Source: Myxococcota bacterium (lineage in GTDB: Bacteria > UBA10199 > JACPAL01 > GCA-016699445). From it: 64,000 nt of DNA. The stretch is from NCBI GenBank assembly GCA_052033505.1, contig JBPOJN010000014.1:5599-69598 (forward strand), written 5' to 3'. Each line of letters begins with the position of its first letter. Position 1 is the first letter of the stretch. Below, piece by piece: positions 41,375 to 49,621 of the stretch. The notes beneath the pieces are model-generated. The model made no database searches and had not been told where the DNA came from. It was given only the letters and a program-made list of their open reading frames with translations. The position numbers were made by a program, and so were the translations under genes.

Positions 41375-42441
41375 CCTGGGTTCAAGGAGCAAGTGCAACA
41401 CTGGAAATAAGAGCTAGCCGTTATGCTAGTCCCAGTGCGCATGAAAAAAGCATACCTTCATTTAAATCAACAAGAGCGGACATTTTTAGAGGGATCTCTT
41501 CTTCAGGGCTTAAGTTTAAGGGCCATTGCCAAGGTTCTGAGTCGAAGCCCGTCGAGCTTAAGCCGAGAAATTAAGCGCAACGGAAAGAGAGTCGGCCGAT
41601 CTCGCAAAGCCGTTTACGAGAGCAGGAAGGCTCAAGAGAAGGCCGGAAAAAGATTTAAAGAAACCCACCGTAAGATACGCCTTAAAAATCTGTGGATCCG
41701 GGAGTATGTGATCTCGAAGCTTTTGAATCGATGGTCTCCCGAACTTATTGCCGGCCGTCTTTCCTTGGACCACCCGGATCTGCGCATCAGCCATGAGACG
41801 ATCTATCAATGGATCTATGAAGAGGCGCCTGAGTACGTCCGATATCTTGCCAAGAAAAGACGGCTGCGCCGATCCAGAACTTATTCTTTAAAAACAGGGC
41901 AAGTGAACTTCATCCCCGGACGTGTCTTAATCGATGAACGTCCTTATCTCATCAATGCCCGTCAGGATGCGGGCCACTGGGAAGTCGATTTAGTCGAATC
42001 CTATCTTAAAAGAGGCGGCTTGCAGGTCGTTTGCGAGAGGAAGACGCGCTACACGCTTGTGAACAAGATGCGAAGTTTAAGAGGGATGGAAGCAAGGGCG
42101 CATCTTGTCAAACGCATGAAACATCTGCCGTCATGGATGTGCCAAAGCTTAACCTACGACAACGGAGCGGAGAATGCGTGTCATCTGTTCGTGAATCGGC
42201 ACTTAGGCACCCGCTCGTACTTCTGTCATCCGTATCATGGTTGGGAGAAGGGAACGGTTGAGAATACGATCGGGATCGTCAGGCGATTTTATCCCAAGGG
42301 AACCGACTTCAGAGAAGTCTCGGAAGACGAAGTTAAAGATCTGGAGACTTGGTTAAACAACAGGCCTCGCAAGTGCCTTGCCTTCAAGACTCCTGCCGAG
42401 GCATTTAAACAGGAGTGTTGCACTTAGTCTTTGAATCCACA
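41375..42441 (+). mobile_element. IS30-family insertion sequence
   Basis: About 27-bp imperfect IRs (CCTGGGTTCAAGGAGCAAGTGCAACAC / TGTGGATTCAAAGACTAAGTGCAACAC), 2-bp GG duplication. Confidence 0.85.
41441..42427 (+). CDS. IS30 family transposase
   Basis: HTH RSPSSLSREIKRN, WSPELIA, SHETIY, GHWEVD, TYDNG, WEKGTVEN, LNNRPRK. Confidence 0.95.
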   Translation: MKKAYLHLNQQERTFLEGSLLQGLSLRAIAKVLSRSPSSLSREIKRNGKRVGRSRKAVYESRKAQEKAGKRFKETHRKIRLKNLWIREYVISKLLNRWSPELIAGRLSLDHPDLRISHETIYQWIYEEAPEYVRYLAKKRRLRRSRTYSLKTGQVNFIPGRVLIDERPYLINARQDAGHWEVDLVESYLKRGGLQVVCERKTRYTLVNKMRSLRGMEARAHLVKRMKHLPSWMCQSLTYDNGAENACHLFVNRHLGTRSYFCHPYHGWEKGTVENTIGIVRRFYPKGTDFREVSEDEVKDLETWLNNRPRKCLAFKTPAEAFKQECCT

Positions 42442-42563
42442 GGCACCGTTGGTTCTGGCACCGTTGGTTCCTCGTGTTCTAATCCTCTCGACGAGACGGA
42501 GGGAGTTGAGCTCCAGGGATTTGTGGTGGTTTGTTTCCAGCCGGGTCGATGGAACCGTGCCCT

Positions 42564-45500
42564 TCATCTGAAGGGCGAAATCCTCGGGGAACTACATGAC
42601 CGCTGGTGACTAGAGGGGTGAGTGCTCTCCCCCCCCCCAAAAGGTGGTGGGAGCTTTGCTCGCGGACGCGCTGAGGTAGTCCCGCTGGGTAGGAGATTGG
42701 GGAGTTGATTGAGAAGTGTGCTTAAGGGTTCGAGAAAAGTATGATGTGTCTGATTTTGTCCATCTTCGGCCAGGATATTCAGAAGTATGTCCAAAAAAGA
42801 CTCTTTGTATAAAGTGAGGTTGTTGATTTCCGACATGGCTTGAGTGTTCTCTGGAGTAATGTCGCCTGTTTGATCGGGATATTTTGAGAGAGAGGCTCTG
42901 TTGCGAAACTCTGCTTTGAAGGCCTCGACTAAAATATTAGTTTTTTCCACTAGTGATCTTCTTGCACGCGCGAGGGCCGCATCATTCTGAGATTCCAGTT
43001 TCTGTTTCTGTTCTGTAGATTGTTCGTTGATGGACTTAGCTAATCGAGCTAGTTCTTTTTGTGCCGCAGCGATGGCAACGACTTTTTCGAAAAGAATGTT
43101 TCTCCAAACATCGAGCCATTCTTGACCTGGTTTAGCTGACGATATTCTAGTCACCGGACCCGTATCGATACCCAGGCCGGGCATAGGTTCAGGCAATGGA
43201 GTGGGTTCGTCCGGGGTGGCAGAAGGTTTCCTACCCGGAGGAGGTGGTGGTGATTTCTTTTGAGTTAAAATTGCTGCTCTGTAGGCTTCCGTGTCGGCGT
43301 CGGACATTTGTGTGAGTTGAAGGCTGTGATCACTTGTTATGACGACCTGAATGCCGACTTCTCCCAGTAGGATACGATCCTGCTTCTCAGTTAAGGGTTG
43401 CAGACCTTTTCCGAGTTTCACTTCTCTCCAGTAGACTTGTTCGCTGTCGCCGTTTCTTCTGAAAGACCATTGGCGCTTCGTCATATCGTAGGTAAAGATG
43501 ACGTGATTTGGGACGATGGAACGATGATCGATTTGTTCGCGACCAAAAATGATGGCCATGTCCTCCGTAGAGTAGGACCACGACGTCGGCACTTCGGTTT
43601 GTAGTTCGATGTCGTCGATCTCGAGGACATCACCTGAGAGTGCTACGGCAGGAGCTGCCACCTGACCGCTTATGTGAATGACCCCAACGGATGTGTCGTC
43701 GCCAACGGCTAAATGGGCAAGAGAGTCTAAGATGCCACTGACTAAAACTGTTTCAGAGAGACTAAAGCTGCGCAATACATCTGCCAGGCCTGACAAGCCC
43801 CGTGCTCCGGTGTCTACGATATTTTGTGTTTCTCTAAATTGTGCCACGATCCGATCCAATGCCTCTACATTTGACTCTGCTGCCGTCGCCATAGCGGTTA
43901 TTTGATCTTCATGGGTTTTTGCCAAGTCATCCAGCATCGTTCGATGCGCATCGGACATTTCTCGGATCTTAGCATTCAGTCGTTCCTCATCTTTCATGTC
44001 GTTTGCTGCGAGGGCTGCTTGATGTTCGGCGGCGAGGCCCTGAATGGCGGCTTCATGCTCTGCTCCAAGCCGCGCACGTTCCGCGCTCAACTGTGCTTCC
44101 GCTTCGGCTTTGAGTGCATCGACGGCCTGACGGTGAAGTGCTGCTTGTTCAGCAATGGATCGCTCTTTCACGGTCGCTAAATTTTCCTTTTCAGATGCAA
44201 AACGTGTTTGGTCTTCGGCTCTCTTTGCTTTGGTCTCTTCGAGAAGCTCCGCTGTTTTTGTCAGAGCGGATTGCGCCGCATGAAGTTGGCCTTCGAGAAT
44301 TCTTATTTTTTCCTCAACAGCTTGTTTGTCGGTGATTGCTGCTGCCGCTAATGTCTTTTGCCGATCAAGCTCAGCTCTGAGAGCCTCGATCCCTTCTTTT
44401 TTGAAGTGCAAGGTACGCGCACGAATCCCACAGAGGAGAGGAATGCGGTCCATGAGAGCGGGGGGCGGATTTTCGGTGGTGAAGTATTCCCGTATGGCTG
44501 CGGCGATGTCATCGCCATCTTTCATCGAGAACCCTTCTATCACTTGAGCAAGATTTTCTTCGGATACTGTTTGAGAGACCGCTTGTGACAAATCCCAGAA
44601 ACGGGTTTGGGAGTCCTCACCAAAAAAATGGCTTCCGTATACCTGGAATTCATTTTCAAAAACCAAACTGAGAAGTTTGAGGCAGGTCGTTGGGTCTTCG
44701 GGATAATTTAAGAAAGCATCCTGACTAAGTAAGTAACCATCAATTTGGTCAGCAAGAGATTGGAATCCATGCTCCCTGATTAAGTCTGAAAACTCTCGGA
44801 GGGATCTCGTTTTTAACAAATCTTCCGTTGCGGGAGAAGGAGCTATGAACTTTGATTTGGTCATGAGATCCTGTGCAGAAGGCAATCCAAGGATGGACTC
44901 ACCTCCTGAAAGGACTTTGTTTTGGCGGTCTACGTGAGTTGCTAGTGCCTCCAAAAAATTGGGTCCAAGACGCGTGTGATGCCGTCTGGATTGATAAAGA
45001 GGGCGTAATCTTTGGATGGAAGGGTTATTCCACTTTTCCATCCTCTGAATCATATCGTCGATTTGTTTGTGAATTGCCGTATCCCAGTCAGGGAACGTGA
45101 TTATTTGATCACCTTGGATCTCATAGCGAACAGGAGAGGCATGCTTCTCCCAGCTCTCCGCCAAGCCTGAAAGTTCATCATTTTTTTGAACAGCTGCGTT
45201 CGCCATACTCGGGTAAAGAGCAACCAATCGGTCTGTGATAGCCTCCTGTGGGTTCTTAACCGTCCAATAAAGTTTGCGACTCAGCGGGTTTTGGAGCTGG
45301 GCCAAGAGCTGTTCGATGCCGGCGCTGAGTGTTTTGTAAAATTCTGCTTTTTTATATTTTGAGACTTCGTCTGTACCAAAAGTGCGTAGCGCGTGATCGA
45401 TGAGGGACTCGGGGATGAGTCCATTTTCTACAGGGAATCCCTGTTTTGCCCAAATGTCGTAGATTTTTGAAATCAGGACTTTGCCGAAATCGCCAAATGG

Positions 45501-45764
45501 GGTGCCGAGAAGAGGGCATTTCAGAGAAACTTCAGTTTGGATGAGTTGTCTGTACTTGGCCTCCTCGGTGGGGGCGAGACGAGTCCATAAACCAAACAGA
45601 CCAGAGGATACTCTTGGATTTGCGAGCGGCGCAGGCCTCGCCATTTCAAACAGCCGACGTCCCGCGTGAGCGTCTCCTAGCTGAGCTCCCAGTCCACCCG
45701 AGGTCGCGTGCGGGAGTGTTGCTTGGGTCAGGGTGGTGTTGGTGAATAGGGTGGGCAGTCGCAT
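42564..45764 (-). CDS. Large orphan protein with coiled coil, FHA-like segment and Pro-rich linkers
   Basis: About 1066-aa ORF; long A/E/Q-rich heptad region; IIFGR...HVIFTYD...DRILLG. Confidence 0.7.
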   Translation of the reverse strand: MRLPTLFTNTTLTQATLPHATSGGLGAQLGDAHAGRRLFEMARPAPLANPRVSSGLFGLWTRLAPTEEAKYRQLIQTEVSLKCPLLGTPFGDFGKVLISKIYDIWAKQGFPVENGLIPESLIDHALRTFGTDEVSKYKKAEFYKTLSAGIEQLLAQLQNPLSRKLYWTVKNPQEAITDRLVALYPSMANAAVQKNDELSGLAESWEKHASPVRYEIQGDQIITFPDWDTAIHKQIDDMIQRMEKWNNPSIQRLRPLYQSRRHHTRLGPNFLEALATHVDRQNKVLSGGESILGLPSAQDLMTKSKFIAPSPATEDLLKTRSLREFSDLIREHGFQSLADQIDGYLLSQDAFLNYPEDPTTCLKLLSLVFENEFQVYGSHFFGEDSQTRFWDLSQAVSQTVSEENLAQVIEGFSMKDGDDIAAAIREYFTTENPPPALMDRIPLLCGIRARTLHFKKEGIEALRAELDRQKTLAAAAITDKQAVEEKIRILEGQLHAAQSALTKTAELLEETKAKRAEDQTRFASEKENLATVKERSIAEQAALHRQAVDALKAEAEAQLSAERARLGAEHEAAIQGLAAEHQAALAANDMKDEERLNAKIREMSDAHRTMLDDLAKTHEDQITAMATAAESNVEALDRIVAQFRETQNIVDTGARGLSGLADVLRSFSLSETVLVSGILDSLAHLAVGDDTSVGVIHISGQVAAPAVALSGDVLEIDDIELQTEVPTSWSYSTEDMAIIFGREQIDHRSIVPNHVIFTYDMTKRQWSFRRNGDSEQVYWREVKLGKGLQPLTEKQDRILLGEVGIQVVITSDHSLQLTQMSDADTEAYRAAILTQKKSPPPPPGRKPSATPDEPTPLPEPMPGLGIDTGPVTRISSAKPGQEWLDVWRNILFEKVVAIAAAQKELARLAKSINEQSTEQKQKLESQNDAALARARRSLVEKTNILVEAFKAEFRNRASLSKYPDQTGDITPENTQAMSEINNLTLYKESFLDILLNILAEDGQNQTHHTFLEPLSTLLNQLPNLLPSGTTSARPRAKLPPPFGGGESTHPSSHQRSCSSPRISPFR

Positions 45765-45771
45765 ATCCCTA

Positions 45772-45798
45772 TCTTCGGCGGAAAAGGACAAAAGTTGC
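45772..45798 (-). promoter_or_regulatory. Variant sigma28-like promoter motif
   Basis: GCAACTTT-N11-GCCGAAGA, 7 nt before the ATG at 45764. Confidence 0.7.
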
Positions 45799-45818
45799 CA
45801 CGAATGTGAGTGTAGGGG

Positions 45819-48467
45819 CTATTTTTGTAATTGTTGCAGGAGTTGGTCTTGTAATGCGTTCCGGCTCGCTACTAGGCTCAAGGCAGAGGTCAGTTCACGG
45901 AGGACTGCTGGGCCGTCCACGCCCCGTTTGAGCGCATCCAGGGCTAAATCTTGTACAGGTTCCTTAAGTCCTTTGTTCGAACTCAGGGGGCCTAAGGCCT
46001 CGGAAATCTGACGAAAAGGTTTGGTCGCCGCTAGGAAGCGCTCGAAGAGGGTCTGCTGTGATGGGTTACGGCGAGCGATTTGCGCCAGAGCCAAAACGAA
46101 TTCCTGAATGATCTTTTGCGAGCCGATTCCACGCGCCCAGGCGTCACGGGTTAAGTCTTGGGCGAGAGTCTGGAAACCGGGCTTGGAAGCCAAGTCTCCC
46201 AAAGCTGTTTGTATTTCGCGAAATTGTGGAGAACTGCGGAAAAAAACTTCCGAATCGCCATCGTAGACACCCGAGAATGGAAATGAGTCTTGGCTCGTCC
46301 AACGTTTTGCTCTGGGGCCCCGATCACCTTCTTCGAAGGCCTTCACAAAGAGATCCGGGTGTTCATTTGGATGTTCTAAAGTTAGTTTCTCTCTGAACTG
46401 ATCGAACCCGTCTTCAAAAGTTTCTTCAGGCATCACAAAACGCTCGCGATACTTCGTTTCCAGTCGAGAACCGTCGAGGCGCCACGTATGGAAGATGTGT
46501 TCTAATGCTTTAGGCAGATGGTCTCTCCAGCCTTTTTCCGAAAAAACAGGATACCGCTCGATAATTTCATCATGGATGGCATCGGTCATGATGATTTCTT
46601 GAAGCGTCTTTTCGAGTGCGGCTTGATTGGGAGGGTTATGTTTTATGGCGGACGCCAGAGCGTCCTTAAGTTCTTGTACGACCTGTTTGACGTTCCGATC
46701 GTAAGCGCGCTTATTTTTGTGTGCTATTTGATAGACCTGTCCGACGAGTGCGGCCTCTGCTTCGCGTAATATTTTGTCTTTAAACAAGGGATAGCGTGAT
46801 AATAAAGTCTCACGGATGGCACCCAGGGCTTCGTCCTGGTCCGAGGATTCTTTTTTTACTTTGGCTACGACGGCATCGACACCTAGACGGAGATCCGACT
46901 GAGAAGAGGCCGATGGTGTGACGGTTGCCGCGGTGGTGACCGGGGGCGGTATGGTCGCCTGAGGTGCTCTCGGTAGTTGTGCTTGTGCGTGAGCGACGAC
47001 GCGTCCTGGATGTTTTCTCTGATCGTCGGCTTTAAGATCTGCCAAAAGCTGGAGAGTGGCCAGATTTTTTGCGGTTTTAGGTTTATCTTCAATCGTCTTT
47101 TCTAGCGACGTTAGGCTCGTATCGATGAGTTCGTCCGGTATAGATATAAGTTCTGCGTGATGGTCGACGTCGGAATGCTTTCTCCACGTCATGTAGATGT
47201 ATGTGGCAAGAGATTCGGTTACCCCGTCTGTTTTTTTGCTGCCGCTTCCTAGGATCGTTGGATAGCGGAGCTGCAATTCTTTTTGTATGTAGGTTTTATA
47301 AAACTCATCTTTTGGAACGACACGTGTGTTGTCGGCGAAACTTCCTTCGTCTGCCACTGGATTGTCGGGAGCTCTGGTCAAATCGCGCATGAGACCGACT
47401 TTGGTCTTGTCAGGGTCCTGACGGACTGCCTCTGGAGTCTCTGTGCCAGGCACGACACTGACTTTGGTCTCATCCCGAGCGGCATCGGAGAAGGCTCTAT
47501 GCACAGGCATGCCGGTGAATTGTCTAAAGCTTGGATCGTTCTCTGAAATAGGATCATAGCTCGAAGAAGGACAGAAAATGGTTTCGGGCAAACCATCGGG
47601 GCGCGCGACGACCCAGTAGGTGTGATCGCCCTTCGCTCCTGGAATATCGTCGATGGCGCTCTGGATGGTGGTCCTTCCGAAATAAAGCTCCGAGGGGATC
47701 CCTAAGTATTGAAACGCCAACTGGAGAAGGATGGCCTTCTCTTTTGTCGCCGCTATTTTTGCGATGATGTCAGAAACGGCGTGGAGGCTTCCGCGCTGGC
47801 TTTGGGCGTCTAATAAATCATTGGCAGAGGGATTGGGTTCGTGACGAAATTTTTTCCAAACATCTTCCAGAATTTTGGCCATGTCGTATTCCCCTTCGCT
47901 CATCGCCGCTCTTGGCTCTGTCAGAAACGGGTTGGAGAGAAGGTTTGTGATTTTCGGATCGGCAAACTCGATGAGAACATGATGCTTTTTCCCCAGCGAA
48001 AGAGCCGGCAGCACGGTGAGGTCGGACAACTGGGGAACGGTGATCGATGGGTGCGTCCACGAGCGTGTTAAGTCCAGAGGATGTCCGTTTTGGTCCAATG
48101 GTCTGACGCATAAAATTTGAGGCAGAGCGATGGGAAGCGGTTGCTTTGAATTCGGCGCCGTGACGACAATGCCTGATTTTTGGAGTGATTTTACCTGGAC
48201 GTCGTTATGCCTGGTTCCATCCCGCAACAGGATGGTGACGCGGGCATTTTTTTTCAGATCAGGAAAGAGGTCTCGAATGGAATCATCTGGGGTGGTCCAT
48301 AAAGAAGATACTCTTTGAGTCAGAGTCGTTAGAAATTTTGGTACAGCCCAAGCGCTAGGGACATTCTTTACCTTTACGCCCGGATTTGTCTGGGGCGTCA
48401 TCGCAGGGCCAACGGCCAAGGGAGAAGAAGGAGCTACTGTCGTCGGTCTTTGAAGTGGATTCAGCAT
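45819..48467 (-). CDS. Large orphan protein with degenerate transglutaminase-like segment and RYP repeats
   Basis: About 882-aa ORF from MLNPLQ; KEKAILLQ...LGIPSEL..G...HTYWVV. Confidence 0.65.
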   Translation of the reverse strand: MLNPLQRPTTVAPSSPLAVGPAMTPQTNPGVKVKNVPSAWAVPKFLTTLTQRVSSLWTTPDDSIRDLFPDLKKNARVTILLRDGTRHNDVQVKSLQKSGIVVTAPNSKQPLPIALPQILCVRPLDQNGHPLDLTRSWTHPSITVPQLSDLTVLPALSLGKKHHVLIEFADPKITNLLSNPFLTEPRAAMSEGEYDMAKILEDVWKKFRHEPNPSANDLLDAQSQRGSLHAVSDIIAKIAATKEKAILLQLAFQYLGIPSELYFGRTTIQSAIDDIPGAKGDHTYWVVARPDGLPETIFCPSSSYDPISENDPSFRQFTGMPVHRAFSDAARDETKVSVVPGTETPEAVRQDPDKTKVGLMRDLTRAPDNPVADEGSFADNTRVVPKDEFYKTYIQKELQLRYPTILGSGSKKTDGVTESLATYIYMTWRKHSDVDHHAELISIPDELIDTSLTSLEKTIEDKPKTAKNLATLQLLADLKADDQRKHPGRVVAHAQAQLPRAPQATIPPPVTTAATVTPSASSQSDLRLGVDAVVAKVKKESSDQDEALGAIRETLLSRYPLFKDKILREAEAALVGQVYQIAHKNKRAYDRNVKQVVQELKDALASAIKHNPPNQAALEKTLQEIIMTDAIHDEIIERYPVFSEKGWRDHLPKALEHIFHTWRLDGSRLETKYRERFVMPEETFEDGFDQFREKLTLEHPNEHPDLFVKAFEEGDRGPRAKRWTSQDSFPFSGVYDGDSEVFFRSSPQFREIQTALGDLASKPGFQTLAQDLTRDAWARGIGSQKIIQEFVLALAQIARRNPSQQTLFERFLAATKPFRQISEALGPLSSNKGLKEPVQDLALDALKRGVDGPAVLRELTSALSLVASRNALQDQLLQQLQK

Positions 48468-48573
48468 GAAGGCTCTTCTGATTGTTAATGATAGGGGCCA
48501 TTCCAGGGACAAAAACACCCGCTACCCATCGAGAGACAATGAGCCCGACTACCAAGACGACATTTTCCGAAAA

Positions 48574-49581
48574 CTAACTCGTTCCACCCGGAGAGCCTTG
48601 ATCATCTTTAGGAATACTGGCGATGATTGCAGTCATGGCAGGAGAAGTAGACGGAGCCACAACAGCGGGCGCCGGTGCAGCAGGGAGCGGTGTTACCATT
48701 TGTGCTGGAACTCCGGCTTGAGGGCCTTTTGCCGCTTCATTGGCGGCACCCATCGCGAGGGCTATCGTGGATTTCATGCCCCTACGTCCCCAGGCGCGAC
48801 CGACGGCTAAAAAGACTGCAGCACCCACAATACCCGCACTGCCGTATCCAATATATTTGGCTGTCTGACCCCCGTCGTTGTTAGAAGGAAACTGCCCGAC
48901 ACTTGCGGTGCCGCTGTCCACTCCTGCATCTAAAATCACACCTTGGGCAGCATCCACAGGAACGCCGGCATCGGGAGCAGCAATTGTCAGGCCGGGTTCT
49001 TCGGTGGGTGCTGCGTTAAGATAAATACCCAGCCTCTCCAATGCATGGAGTCTGGCGACGACATCGCCGCCGGCTTGAAAAAATGCCTCTTCATTGTGTC
49101 CCGACGCTTCCCAAGCCCAAGAATTCAGCTCATCGGTAGAGACGCGGTCCATTTGAGAGTCTTTATTGCCACCTACGGAGATGTCATTTCTGACCGCATC
49201 CGTGCGGAAATATTTAACGACTCCCAGAGTCTTGTAAGTGTCATAGATCAAAGCGTCACTGGCCGGTAAGTTGGCCATGTAGGAGCTATAATCCGTATCT
49301 GACAGATCCTTCGTTGCTAAGACGATTTCTTCCGCTCGCGTGGGATTGTAACCCAAAGTATTCAATACGCAGTTTAGTTTCGCCTCTCCGTCGACATACA
49401 AGGGATTGAGATCGAACGTCTGATGATCGGTGCCCGTCAGATACGGAAAGTCTTCAGGTAAAGATCCTTCCGGAAATACTTTTTGAGGGATGGGCCCTTT
49501 GAAAAGACCCAACGTGTTCGCCGCTCCTTGTAAGTTGCGGACATCCACTAAAGTTCCCGGTGCTAGTTTCAGGCAAGGCAT
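48574..49581 (-). CDS. Hypothetical protein with one TM helix
   Basis: 335 aa, GGAG RBS, hydrophobic SAGIVGAAVFLAVG followed by RAWGRR. Confidence 0.65.
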   Translation of the reverse strand: MPCLKLAPGTLVDVRNLQGAANTLGLFKGPIPQKVFPEGSLPEDFPYLTGTDHQTFDLNPLYVDGEAKLNCVLNTLGYNPTRAEEIVLATKDLSDTDYSSYMANLPASDALIYDTYKTLGVVKYFRTDAVRNDISVGGNKDSQMDRVSTDELNSWAWEASGHNEEAFFQAGGDVVARLHALERLGIYLNAAPTEEPGLTIAAPDAGVPVDAAQGVILDAGVDSGTASVGQFPSNNDGGQTAKYIGYGSAGIVGAAVFLAVGRAWGRRGMKSTIALAMGAANEAAKGPQAGVPAQMVTPLPAAPAPAVVAPSTSPAMTAIIASIPKDDQGSPGGTS

Positions 49582-49621
49582 AGAATAATCTCCAATAAAA
49601 CTGTTACGCTTTTCTAAGGGT

